A stretch of DNA of 62,861 bases, counting the filler, from Collodictyon triciliatum (Eukaryota): NCBI GenBank assembly GCA_043381765.1. It is 6 parts of 6 records of this genome, joined end to end, with 100 filler letters (N's around TTAATTAATTAA, not from the genome) between each part and the next. Parts side by side here need not be neighbours in the genome. Positions count along the whole stretch, not along the records: positions 1 to 15,451 come from JBHJMP010002119.1; 5 more parts are not named here. One strand, 5' to 3'. Positions 1 to 14,699 of this stretch are shown here, in pieces. The notes below the pieces were generated by a model. The model did no database searches and was not told the origin of the DNA. It worked only from the letters and a program-made list of their open reading frames with translations. The position numbers were made by a program, and so were the translations under genes. Each line of letters opens with the position of its first letter. The first letter of the stretch is position 1.

Positions 1-91
<91 letters not shown>

Positions 92-125
92 AATAATATT
101 TATTCTAATACGACATTCTATCTAG

Positions 126-1746
126 CAATACATCAGCTCGCTAATGGGTGATATCAAAGTTGTTGATGATGTAATCTCTCGGATGCAACTATTGGCTGCT
201 TGGTCATATTTTATGAAGGGCTTTTTCAATACATGCATGCATTTCGAAACAGAGATGTACAAGATTAAAATCACTGAATCCAAAAAATCGATGGGAAGAC
301 AAAGGATTGGCGTCGGTGAAACGGACCATATAGGTGAGAAGTTCAACATGAATACAATTTAGTATAAATATGACTATAGTCTATTTAATAATCAACACGA
401 AAGAAACGAGCATGTCAAATAATAAGAGTTGCAGTGTTCTACACCCTCCATGCTTTCGCGCTAGAGTTTACTCTTAATATTCATGGTTGCGACTATGATT
501 TGAGTACTTTATTCATTTCCCTCTTGAATCACCGCAGACGAAAACTTCAGCAGCCTGGTAATTTCAAGGATTATATCAGAGTTCCAAAATATCAGCTCCA
601 ATTCAGTATCAAGTCGTGAGAATGTTTTATTTGCGTTAAGTGTAGGAGTTTTATTAAAAGACACCCGCCCGAAAAGATTTTGAAGAATATAATTACCAAA
701 GTCCAAATAACAACATCAAACATACATACAATCCGTTAGCTCAAATCGATCACCTCAATCAACAGGGTCTATCCATTTCTTGCTCTGAAACCCACCCAGA
801 AATATCAAACCAGTCATTTGATTACATATACAAACATGTTGATGATAGAGAGTGTCCATTTGTAGTTAAGGTGGTTCTTTCTTGACTAACAAGTCATAGG
901 TTTCCAAAATTGTTATGTATATCACTCGTTCAATTAATGTACGTTTTCGATTAACTACATTTTGCAAAATAGGGAAGTGGGCTCTTTTGCCTCTCGCATA
1001 TTATCTACCAAGGTAGCAGTCAGGATCAAGAGATGATTCGGGTAGCTTCTCAATTCCATCCTTTCATTTATAGGTTAATTATAAGATTTTTTACTTTTCA
1101 GTATTCCAAAACTCGCAATTCCGCCACCGATGTTTAAAAACCAAATATTTATTTTCATCGAAATGGTATTACCTTTATCACGTCAGAAAACATTGGAGTT
1201 GGTCCTTGAACAGCATACCGAGAGCCACGCAGCTTTCAACCAGTGCCAATCTATGGCTTGCTCAATTTTATTATCACATCTAAGCGATTATCCTTCCTGG
1301 TGATGGCTTTTTATTTTGATAAATGGAAATCACATCAGAATTAAAGAATCACGTTCTCGTTAAAAAGAGATTAACTTTTGTTGATGTATTTATATTGCAG
1401 CCGTCGCTCAGGAGTAGTGGACTCTCTATTCAAGCGAGGTGTCACTTTTTTGAACCATATAATTGTTGACAAGGCCAACACTGGAAGACTCTTAGCCAAG
1501 GCTTTATGGACAAAATATGAAGTGTCCGAACTTTCAAAATTGGAAGCACGCACTTTTATTTTATCAAGAATCGAGGCTTTCGTTAAAATTTTAAAATCAA
1601 GTCTGCCAGCGATGAAGACCCCGTCATTGAATTTCAGGTTCATTCATGTTATGCTATTATTGAGTTATTTACTAGCTACCATTTTATTATATATTATTGC
1701 ACTTTTTTTTTTTTTTTTNNNNNNNNNNNNNNNNNNNNNNNNNNNN

Positions 1747-1799
<53 letters not shown>

Positions 1800-4700
1800 C
1801 TTGCTCTCGGCATGCACCCACCTTTATTAAACTACTATTTATTTACATTTTGCAAAAACACATGTCCCATTACCTGACGCCACATAAACCTACCTAGCAA
1901 TCTTGATGCTGGACTAGCCCTTTCTCAGACGTTAAAAATCTCTCTTCAATATCAAATACTCGAAACTCACGAGATTTCATCCGTTGTATCCGCGATTGGA
2001 GAGTCATGTCGTAAATCTGAGATTCCCTGGTGCACCATGATATTCATTGCTGCACAACTTCAAAAGTGTGGATATCCAAGCGACTCTTTGGTTCCTATCA
2101 GCAATATCTTGTCCAAATGCAATGGCGAAGAAACAAGGCTTGTATCCTTCAATCTTTATTATCAATTTCAAAGTGGTGAAATGTTATTTTAGAAAAGAAA
2201 ATGCCAACAGCTTCATGAATCTGGTCACTACTAACGAAAAGTCACAATAATAGAATCGATTCAGCAGAAGAAGCTTATGCGACATGCGCTCTAATATCAG
2301 GACTCTATGGCTTTGACTACGATATTTTATCGAAAGGTTTCCAATCAAGACATATAATTAAAAACATTTAATTTATATTGATTCTATCTAATTGTTTCAT
2401 TGAATGCAATCTTTAAAAATGACACAATTTTTCAAAATGAAAATGCTTTATGCCTAAATCTATCTCGTACAGAATTTACCAATGCTTGTTTGATTGACAA
2501 TCCCGTTTATCAAAATTCCGGTAAATACGAGACACGATTTTGCTCACTAATAAACATGTCATGTGGTCTAATTTTTGCTTAAAAGATTTGGATTAAACAT
2601 CTAATAGGTTCATATCCGCATCAATCTAAAATTTATAAAATGCAGGAAAAAACCCGATTCAGTTATTTCGATCATTTTTGACACAATCAGACGAACCGAA
2701 AGTATTTGCTGTCATTTTCTAATATTATCTAAATTTTACAATCTTATGGATTAATTTGGCTATCTATGTGAGTGAATACTGATTCGAACAAAGAAAGAAA
2801 AAAAAGCTATGTTTTTGTGTCCCCAAATAAAAGTCTCCTATTACAATCATAAAGGTGTCAAAGTTCGCGGCGCACTTGCTTTCTTGTACAATCGGCTCAC
2901 ACTTATGGGGCACGGAGTCTAAGTATTTTTTTATTTTATTTTGCAAGTCATGGAGTGTTCTGAAACAAAAAAACCCCCCCTTAAATCTACAAAATTATGG
3001 TGCAATAGCCCTTTAGAAACCTCTACTCAGTTTATTTATATGAAAATAAAGACAAAAGTTAGCCAGCGATTTCAAAAGACTTCCTGAATCCAGCTTACTT
3101 CGGATCGTTTTCGAAAAGCTCACTGATGTCAGGTAAACAGAAAAAATTACCTGTACTTATCAAATTGTAATAAACAAATAAAGTAGACCCATCCTATTAC
3201 ATGCATCTAAATACTATTTGTGATACAATGCACCCCATCCTTCATAGTCGGGGGTCTACATTTCAAGAAAATATAGTTCGATGCATCTGCTCAGCCGTTT
3301 CAAGGTATACTGTTCCATTTCGATTCATTCTCTTACTTTGTGATGATCAAAGGATAAGAAGAGTACTATTTCGCTCTTTTCAGCTACTAATAATTTAACA
3401 AGAAATATTCAAAAGCAGTCTTCTCCTCAAATTAAGTATCTATTATATTTTGTTGCTACTACTGACATTATAACATCCCTAACCACCAATTGAATAACTG
3501 GCATATCTATAGGGTAGATGCAAAGATTCCCGAGGTTGACTGGAGCCCACTGCTTCTGAGCCTCCTCCGCCGCAGCAAAGAAGCACACACCAAGGAGACA
3601 CTTGTCAAATTCGGTGCCAGGATTTCATGTGTACAATGGATTGTGGACACAATATCGAATTCTGGACAATATGGTAAGTATAGTCCTTGATATAGACTTT
3701 CACATTATATGTATCTGGGTTGCATGGAAGAAAATTCATTATTGTATGTATTTTCCTCCCTTCTTTATCAAGTCTAAAATTGTCAATATAGAGTCCAATC
3801 TGAGTATCATTCGTGAGTCCTTGTGTTCTCTTCCGATGCTTCTTCCATACTTGCATGTCTCCAGAGCGTGCCAAATTGTTCAAACAGTCGTGTCGAATGT
3901 TGTTGACTTTTGGGTCCAAGAGGGGTTTTGTGGTGATTTCCGTCAATATTTCTGGGTTAAAAAAGGAAAAGGTAATCATCATCTATCAAAGTTAAATCAG
4001 AGGCCAAATCATCTTGCTTCTCTATAGCAATTTCCACGCATCTTGAAAGCAAATCACATCAAAGTGCTAATTTTTTTGCGTTGAAATTCATGAATAGTAT
4101 CTGCTAAAGAGGATTTGTACAACCAAATATTGGAATCTCTTCTTCAGGGGATTGATAAGTTGGTTTCAAATTCTGGTTTGAACAGTGATGTATTTGAGCA
4201 GGTAGGTGTTGATGAATCAAATGAATGAATCGATTTATTTTATTTCAGCAAGTTTTAATATTCACCTATTGCCAGATGCTTCCAATTACTGATTGATTGA
4301 CTGGTTTTAAAATGAGAAATCCAAATATAAATTTGATATAGTGCATGGCCTCGGTTAACAGAATAATCGAGTATTTTCCAGTTCACTATTTGTCTGACCA
4401 TATGGTGAATCTAAAGAGACCGCTCTATTCATTTGTTGCCACCCAAATGAGAATCATAGCATCTATTTCGCAAAAATTGCCAGGTTTTTTTTTTTTGACG
4501 TTAGCACTTATTTTTTCTTTTTGGAAAATGTTTGGCGCACTTCAGCGATACTATTTATTACTATGGGCTCAAGTGTTATCCTCATTTTACCAAAGGTCAT
4601 TGGCAAGACATCAACCTACGCATTCGAACTGAATTCAATCAGCAAGGTTAGACCCCATCCGAATCATTATAGAGAAACAAATTAAATATGTGCAAAAGAA

Positions 4701-5983
4701 CAATATGTAACTAACATACAAAGCGCTGCATCTAGATGCGTTTGCATTTATTCTGAGATTTCAAGTGGTGAAATTAGGGCTACAGCCAGGTTTTGCTCTG
4801 ATTGGAAAAAAAAAAAAACACAAAGTCTCATTTCCATCAAAAGTCTATTGTAAACTTAGAAACATATATTCAGTTGCGTATATCCGGCCATGCCGCACCT
4901 ACATCTGCGAGACTCCAAACAGGCTGTTTGCTTATATTGGATGTGCATACTTTGCATCATCGACTAGTGCGATATCTGGTCTTGAAGGTCTTTATTTAAT
5001 TCAAAAATAATAGTGATAAACTTACATACATATTCACACAGTAGTACTGCCGATTGTTTTTTTTTTTCTGTGGATTATCCAAATATGTGTGACACCAGTA
5101 TCTTGTGTATATTTCTCTATCTATTTTCTACTTTGTATTTCCTTTCATTTTCATTTTGATTGTCATTGTCATATTCATTCCTTGGATTTGAGGATAGATG
5201 AATTTTTTTTCGATGACTCATTGATAATTACTTTTACAACAGAGAAATCGAGACACTCTATCATCACAGAAACAATCGACTTGCTTACCCTATCACCCCC
5301 GGACATGCACCACATTCTTTACTTGATAGCCTTATGTTTGGGGTCGTATCTTTCGTCCTTTGTTTTCGGCCCATGTTTTTTGCAAGTCTTGAACCAGGTT
5401 TGTTTCGTTCAAGAAACCTGTCTACAAATAATCACCCAAAGCAGTGGCTGTATATGTCTTTATATACATTATATAATTTTCTATCACAAAATCTATACCA
5501 GCGCCTGGTAGACTCTAGCAACCTTGAAGCATTGACACCCGAGCATATCTTGCTCGCATTATCTGTGCTCCCTTATCTTCTGTCGCGATTTACGGGTAAA
5601 ACACACTATGAAAATCGATTGGCAAGAAAAGCTCCCTATCAAGTCTCATCCGCACAAAAGTTCACGCGGTTTGTTTCCAGCACATCCTTATCGAAGCATT
5701 CTTTTTGTAGACACTAAAATGGCGGCTTCTCTTCGTGAGCGTCTCTTTTCTGCATATGAAGCCGCAAACCAACAGTCTGCCACAGGTGCAAGGGAATTCC
5801 TATGTTTCGCCCTTCTTTTCTTTTGATATCAGTACATACTTTATATATACACCTCGATATTACCCTTCAACAACCACGTTCGCAGCATGGAGAAGACGGA
5901 GGGCGGTTCAGAGAAAGCGCTTTTCCACATTTGTTACTAACGGCTTATATCTATCCCGCTCACAGGCGCTACAGCATCGCTAA
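126..5983 (+). CDS. Focadhesin/RST1-like ARM-repeat protein, multi-exon, 5' part missing; last exon uncertain
   Basis: GT-AG exons such as QYISSLMGDIKVVDDVISRMQLLAAWSYFMKGFF (126-250), VDAKIPEVDWSPLLLSLLRR (3512-3673) and HILLALSVLPYLLSRF..KMAASLRERLFSAY (5519-5785). These resemble recalled FOCAD (LPQAWLAYMNRAY; PPVNWAALLSPLMR) and RST1 (LPSLDWGAIIRR) motifs and occur in the same order. Confidence 0.55.
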
Positions 5984-6290
5984 ACAGGGCTACGCTGCTT
6001 CGATGTCTGCTTCCAATTTCGGAGAGGATTGCAACCACATCCACATATAGGATTTATAGATCTTTCCCGTAAGCAGATAAAACAATCTCAGAAATCCACA
6101 TTTGTTTCGAACCACGGAATGTTTTCACGTTGTACGGAAAAAAACCATTTTCTGGAAACAATCTACGAAGCCTCAACCGCCATCACACCAACCACGGTTT
6201 CCCAAAAGAACCCATTTGCAGATCACATCCAACAAAAACAAAAGTACAAACACAAGTACAAAGAATCGAGAAAGAAGATAGCACAATCAG

Positions 6291-6385
6291 CCCGCGCCTG
6301 ATTTTCAATCAAGCTTCCCGCGCCTGATTTTCAATCAAGCTTCCCGCGCCTGATTTTCAATCAAGCTTCCCGCGCCTGATTTTCA
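6291..6385. repeat. 26-bp minisatellite (CCCGCGCCTGATTTTCAATCAAGCTT) x ~3.7 running into an N gap
   Basis: Perfect tandem copies visible; array probably continues into the gap at 6386-7170. Confidence 0.9.
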
Positions 6386-7303
6386 ANNNNNNNNNNNNNN
6401 NNNNNNNNNNNNNNNNNNNNNNNNNNNNNNNNNNNNNNNNNNNNNNNNNNNNNNNNNNNNNNNNNNNNNNNNNNNNNNNNNNNNNNNNNNNNNNNNNNNN
6501 NNNNNNNNNNNNNNNNNNNNNNNNNNNNNNNNNNNNNNNNNNNNNNNNNNNNNNNNNNNNNNNNNNNNNNNNNNNNNNNNNNNNNNNNNNNNNNNNNNNN
6601 NNNNNNNNNNNNNNNNNNNNNNNNNNNNNNNNNNNNNNNNNNNNNNNNNNNNNNNNNNNNNNNNNNNNNNNNNNNNNNNNNNNNNNNNNNNNNNNNNNNN
6701 NNNNNNNNNNNNNNNNNNNNNNNNNNNNNNNNNNNNNNNNNNNNNNNNNNNNNNNNNNNNNNNNNNNNNNNNNNNNNNNNNNNNNNNNNNNNNNNNNNNN
6801 NNNNNNNNNNNNNNNNNNNNNNNNNNNNNNNNNNNNNNNNNNNNNNNNNNNNNNNNNNNNNNNNNNNNNNNNNNNNNNNNNNNNNNNNNNNNNNNNNNNN
6901 NNNNNNNNNNNNNNNNNNNNNNNNNNNNNNNNNNNNNNNNNNNNNNNNNNNNNNNNNNNNNNNNNNNNNNNNNNNNNNNNNNNNNNNNNNNNNNNNNNNN
7001 NNNNNNNNNNNNNNNNNNNNNNNNNNNNNNNNNNNNNNNNNNNNNNNNNNNNNNNNNNNNNNNNNNNNNNNNNNNNNNNNNNNNNNNNNNNNNNNNNNNN
7101 NNNNNNNNNNNNNNNNNNNNNNNNNNNNNNNNNNNNNNNNNNNNNNNNNNNNNNNNNNNNNNNNNNNNNNNAAAAAACAAAAAACAAAAAACAAAAAACA
7201 AAAAACAAAAAACAAAAAACAAAAAACAAAAAACAAAAAACAAAAAACAAAAAACAAAAAACAAAAAACCTTTTGCGCTCCACAACGCCCTCCCAGGTCA
7301 CAC

Positions 7304-8827
7304 ATGTCGTCCAGCAATCTGTACCGGAAAATCACGGGGACGAAGAGCCAAGCGTCGCCATCGCGCAGCCGAGCCGGGCAGAAGGACAAGAAGCCGGGTG
7401 ACGAAGGACGCTTCTCATTCTGCTACCACTGCATGAAACAAGGCCATTTCCCGCGTGACTGCCCCGCAAAAGCAGCCCGCGAAGAGGAGCGCAAGAAGCG
7501 CTTGGCTACACTCCTGGGAGAGAATCTCGGCCGCCGTCCACCGCAGCCGCAGCCGCCTAAGGACAAAAAGAAGAAGCCGAAGAAGTCAAAGCGCAAGATT
7601 CGCCCGGTCGAAGTGCCTGAAGGTCTCCATAGCATGTTGTCCATTTCTTCTTATCTTCCTTTTCCCTCTTTCATTTTGCATTTTATTATTTATTTTTTTT
7701 ATCAACACTGTCATTGCCTTTTATGAATTTCGCCGTTGTTTATGATGGGTTATGCAATGTTCTCAAATATGATTTGGATTGGGAAGAACTCTATATTCGC
7801 TTTTTTGCACTATGATAGCATGGTTAGAAGCAGAACAGAATGAGAAAAAAAAACTTGTTCATTGAGCGCTGTTGACTTTTTTCTTTCTTTCTCACTCATC
7901 TCCCATTTTGATTGACAAAGGTCCCTCGGAGAAAGATGTGAAGGTAGGGGACATTGTTTTCAGTTCCATGGTGAACAATAATGCGCTTTTGAAGGCTGTA
8001 TACAGTGGAAATGCAGACGAGACAATAAGGCACATCCGCCGGGGTGCAGGTGGCTGCCTTTTTCTTTTTTTTTTTTTTTCCTCTGATTTTGCTGGGTTGT
8101 CATCACACACAAAAAAAAAAATAATTAAAAGAAAAGAAATAATGGCATGTGGAACAGGCTGATTGACATAATCGTTTAGATATCAACTGCATCGACACTA
8201 ATGGCTTATCTCCTCTGCACATCGCAGCAACACACGGACACAACCTCTGTGTACAAGTCTGTTATTCAAATATACCAGGAATCTTAATTTCATGTTGCAC
8301 GAATAATCATATCCACTCGCACCCTCATATCAATCAATCCTTTAACACGCCCAGGCCTTGTTGAAATACCAGGCTGACCCAAACCTGGCCGACAGAGTCC
8401 AGAGCCGCAATCCCATCCAGCTGGCTGCCATGTTCAATCACATTCCCTGTGTATGAAGAGTTTCTTGTTTTGCTGTCTCTGCCCACGGTTGTTTGTTTTC
8501 GAGACGTGCCTCTTTTCTTTGCGTTCTTTTCAGGAAAGATTTTGTTGGGGGTTGGTGCTGACATATAGCCTCGTGATTAGATAAAGTCGTTGCTTTTGGG
8601 CGGAGCAGACCCCACCCGTGTCAATAGCGCAGGGGAGTCTGCAATCGACCGGGCAAAGTCTGCATCGGCCCGCTTCATCATGGAGGGTGAGTTCCCATCT
8701 CCAGATGAGATGCTGGCAGACTTCCTGTGATAGAACTTGGTTTGCATTTCGTTTCGTCGGCACAGATTTAACCCTTTCCTTCCTTTCAGAGTACTGGAAA
8801 TCCAAAGTCATTCCCGAGTACGTTTAG
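7304..8827 (+). CDS. CCHC zinc-knuckle + ankyrin-repeat protein (6 exons)
   Basis: Exon 1 contains CYHCMKQGHFPRDC (CX2CX4HX4C). GT-AG spliced exons give LLKAVYSGNADETIRHIRRGA|DINCIDTNGLSPLHIAATHGHNLCVQ|ALLKYQADPNLADRVQSRNPIQLAAMFNHIPC|IKSLLLGGADPTRVNSAGESAIDRA..|EYWKSKVIPEYV*. Confidence 0.85.
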
Positions 8828-9214
8828 CGTTGGATGCCCTCCTGCGAAGGGAACCGAAGTTTTGTAGAGGAAGGATTGTTCACCAAGGCAAGAGCTTGTC
8901 GCACTGTAAAATGTATCCAGCCCGTAAGACGGCTTGTGCCTGAAACCATATGGGGCAAAGATGGGAAGATAAAACAGAGTCAAACGAAGAAAACGATGCG
9001 TTTCCTGGCCGTCCAGTATTATCGAGGAACATACCCGCGCTCTTTTTCCTATGCTACGACGCGGTTTATTCGTGAAGTTTGTGTATGGAGCTATTCGACG
9101 AAACAAAATAAGGGAAGAAGAATCGGGAGAGACTGGAGAGTGAGAGGCGACAGATTCGCGATGCCCAGCTTTTGCCCGAGAGACTTGCACGTTGCTCTTA
9201 GCAGAGATGCGCGC

Positions 9215-10911
<1,697 letters not shown>

Positions 10912-11413
10912 CGTGTGTTTCTGCTCTGAGTGCGTAAAGTGAGTCAGCAGGCTGCATTCACGACTGAGGCGGGCCACCCGTGCAGACTCTTTCCCGATTG
11001 ACAGACAAAACACAAGCAGGATTTGATCCTGTCAAGTGCCGATTTCCTTCCCACTGTCTCCCTGCCTGGGTTTGAGCCTTCCCATGCGGCGCATTGTCTG
11101 AACTGTGGTTCTGTTGATTCTCGTCTTGCTTGCTAATGAATGATTGCGGTGTTGTGTGCGACATTTGAATGAGAATGGAACATAAAAGGCAAAAAAAAGG
11201 AGTCGACATTGGCTGGTGTGTGTTCTGTTTGTGGTTTGGTTTGTGTCTTTGTGGCGAGTAGTGTGGGAACGGCAAATTTGGTATCAATGCGCAACTCTCA
11301 AGGGCGATGGCTGGACAACCGATTTTGTATGGAAGGACATGCGTTTCAGGAGTCAAGGATGGAAGCAAGGGAGGAAGATTCAAAGTGCTTTGTTGTCGTC
11401 AGCCTTTATGCGA

Positions 11414-11533
11414 GTTTGTTTGTTCGTTCGTTTGTTTGTTTGTTTGTTTGTTTGTTTGTTTGTTTGTTTGTTTGTTTGTTTGTTTGTTTGTTTGTTTGTT
11501 TGTTTGTTTGTTTGTTTGTTTGTTTGTTTGTTT
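11414..11533. repeat. (GTTT)n microsatellite
   Basis: Direct observation. Confidence 0.95.
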
Positions 11534-11624
11534 GATGGAAGAGGGCGGCTAAAGAATATCGCGCCATTTTATTTAATTTTTTTTTTCTTGCGATGGCGAC
11601 GATGACATATTGAAAGATATTTAT

Positions 11625-14477
11625 TTATGATAGAAGTGGCGAAGTTGCTTTGGGGTCTGAGATGGTTATGCACTCCAGATTCGCGAGAGCAACAGTAGCC
11701 ATCAAGCATGATAAATACTATGGAAAGGATTCAACGAGAAGAAAATAATAAAGAAATTTTGTTTAATTTCTTTTCCATTTTTCTTTCTCTCTCGTTCTGT
11801 AGGCGATTTTGATTCAAATTCATCGACATGGATGCATGATTAAAATCAAGTGCCTTCATGTTTCCTGCCTCAAATCACTTACTTTAACGAAGAGTAGCAA
11901 AATCATGAGCCCAAACGACATGGTTCCTGCCTCTCCGAGAATCAGCAAATAGAGGATGCAGAGCAGAATGTTTATGAACGACATGGTGTTCCAGATAACA
12001 TGCTGTCGATAAATCAACACATCTCCATGATTAGAGAAGGGGTAAATAAAAATTCAAACGACACATCTTTACACATTTATCGTGCAATAGAGACCTGTCG
12101 AATCTGAAAAGATGACTTTGTGTAGATAGAAGCGAAGCCCGATGACGGGGCGACAATCAGGGTTAAAGGCAAAACCAACAGCACGGTGTAAAAGCACGAT
12201 TCGTCTATCCCATATATCTCCTCCATGGAAAACAACACGATAATCTAAATAGCGGTATACATTTCAATTTATTTGATTGTTTTTGGAAAAAAAAAGTGCG
12301 TAGTTATAAGGCTAACAAAGGGCACTACATAGCCGGGTTCACCATTTCCCCACCTTATCCGCAACAAGGAGCAAAAACATGATGCCAAAAAGCACTCGAC
12401 TATCTCCCATTACCGGGTGGTTCAGTGGTTCCCTGTTCTTCATCGTAATCTTGGAGAAGAAATTAATGACATGGCCTTTCAAAATGCCCGGTTGTGCATC
12501 TGTGATTTTATGGCAGTTGATTAGATTGATCTTTCTTCGCCCTTTTTTAGACTAAACAAAACAAAACAACAAACAACAAACAACAAACAAACAAACAAAA
12601 AACAAACAAAAAACAAACAAAAAACAAACAAAAAACAAACAAAAAACAAACAAAAAACAAACAAAAAACAAACAAAAAACAAACAAANNNNNNNNNNNNN
12701 NNNNNNNNNNNNNNNNNNNNNNNNNNNNNNNNNNNNNNNNNNNNNNNNNNNNNNNNNNNNNNNNNNNNNNNNNNNNNNNNNNNNNNNNNNNNNNNNNNNN
12801 NNNNNNNNNNNNNNNNNNNNNNNNNNNNNNNNNNNNNNNNNNNNNNNNNNNNNNNNNNNNNNNNNNNNNNNNNNNNNNNNNNNNNNNNNNNNNNNNNNNN
12901 NNNNNNNNNNNNNNNNNNNNNNNNNNNNNNNNNNNNNNNNNNNNNNNNNNNNNNNNNNNNNNNNNNNNNNNNNNNNNNNNNNNNNNNNNNNNNNNNNNNN
13001 NNNNNNNNNNNNNNNNNNNNNNNNNNNNNNNNNNNNNNNNNNNNNNNNNNNNNNNNNNNNNNNNNNNNNNNNNNNNNNNNNNNNNNNNNNNNNNNNNNNN
13101 NNNNNNNNNNNNNNNNNNNNNNNNNNNNNNNNNNNNNNNNNNNNNNNNNNNNNNNNNNNNNNNNNNNNNNNNNNNNNNNNNNNNNNNNNNNNNNNNNNNN
13201 NNNNNNNNNNNNNNNNNNNNNNNNNNNNNNNNNNNNNNNNNNNNNNNNNNNNNNNNNNNNNNNNNNNNNNNNNNNNNNNNNNNNNNNNNNNNNNNNNNNN
13301 NNNNNNNNNNNNNNNNNNNNNNNNNNNNNNNNNNNNNNNNNNNNNAAAAAAAAAAAAAAAAAAAAAAAAAAACAAAAACAAAAACAAAAACAAAAACAAA
13401 ACAAAAACAAAAACAAAAACAAAAACAAAAACAAAAACAAAAACAAAAACAAAAACAAAACCAAAAATAGCGACTACATGCAGCCAAAGTAATGGAAATT
13501 ATCTAGAATAGAAACCATCTGGAACAATCGGTTGGCGACACTCGATTTTGTGGGGGTGATATGTTGTAGAGAATTGGTCGAAGGGAATCGGAAATGTTGA
13601 TGGGCCTTCCTGGTTATCTTGCTTGTAAACAACCAAGGCCTGTGTGGGTGAGGAAAAGCAAAAATGAGAAAAAAAATCGTCAGCTAGTTTATATTTTTAA
13701 TTGCCATCAGCGAGGAGAAAATGCAAAGAAAAGCAGTCATCTTTTCCCTTGGAGTATGCAAATCTTACAAGGGTGATTGTTGAATCTTTGGACAGGTATC
13801 GGCCAAACTTGAAGCTCATCTTTTGCTCTACGAATTCGACGTTTTGCTTCTCTAAATAATGAAGAACCTAGACGGCGCAGATAAGAAGATAAAAAATGAA
13901 GCATGAAACAATGAATCTGTGAGTAGAAATGAGATATTCAGTATTGCGTATAAATATCTCGATGGCGCATACACCCAGCAGGCAACCTAATATGCATATG
14001 CTTACTGGATGGAGAGAATGTGGCAGCTCGCCTTCGATGTATCTTAAACAATTGTTCAGCTCCATCATAAAAGTCAGCCATTTATCGAAATCACATTTTT
14101 GGAACATAGATGCTGAATACACATCCTCCATATTGATTTGGTATGGAGAAAGAAATGAACCGTTCCCAGACACCAAAAGGACCATTGGGAACTTGGGACA
14201 CCCAGCCTCAACCGATGTCGAGCTTTCATGTTGTAAAATATCGATGTACTATTTGTTTTGTTAAGCGACCTTTAACTTTTAAAAAAAAATTGTGTGTAAA
14301 TATAACAACTGTATAGATGGAATTTGTGAAATATATTTCGGATACAGCCATGGAAAAATCAGGGTTGGCTCCAAATTTTAAAGGGTTCAAATGAGCCTTC
14401 GATTGGTTGTGCCGTAGAAATGTACTTCCGTAGTTTTTTATGAAGTTTTCGAGGCTCTTTGCATGCATTCTTCGTCT
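11625..14477 (-). CDS. C-terminal part of an At5g11700/At4g32920/At5g47020-like large membrane protein; 5' end missing
   Basis: Spliced exons RRRMHAKSLENFIKNYGSTFLRHNQSKAHLNPLKFGANPDFSMA|YIDIL..FPMVLLVSGNGSFLSPYQI..WLTFMMELNNCLR..|VLHYLE..; transmembrane exons (VLPLTLIVAPSSGF, VIWNTMSFINI) and terminal ALANLE. These match the order of motifs recalled for the plant family (LKVAATSDLMLAYLDF; LFGGDGSYMAPF; LWNFMSLVNV; VANLEI). Confidence 0.75.
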
Positions 14478-14699
14478 ATTGAGTGCCAGTTTTATTATTA
14501 ATTTTTTAAACAAACAAACAAACAAACAAACAAACAAACAAACAAACAAACAAACAAACAANNNNNNNNNNNNNNNNNNNNNNNNNNNNNNNNNNNNNNN
14601 NNNNNNNNNNNNNNNNNNNNNNNNNAGAAACAAAGAAACAAAGAAACAAAGAAACAAAGAAACAAAGAAACAAACAATATCATGCCTGTGAATTTATAG

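Noticed and set aside
3605-3982. 125-aa minus-strand ORF and other antisense ORFs over real exons
   Set aside because: Antisense shadows of spliced genes with no recognisable motifs.
6357-7389. Long ORFs spanning N runs (also 12521-13487, 39134-40141, 46465-47119)
   Set aside because: Artefacts of translating gaps.
8534-8568. Ankyrin-like KILLGVGADI* inside intron 4 of the ankyrin gene
   Set aside because: Very short, ends in a stop, and the strong acceptor is out of frame; cannot be separated from chance.
11857-11933. 14/15-bp direct repeat spanning an exon-intron boundary
   Set aside because: The intervening sequence is conserved coding exon with no A tail; not an insertion.
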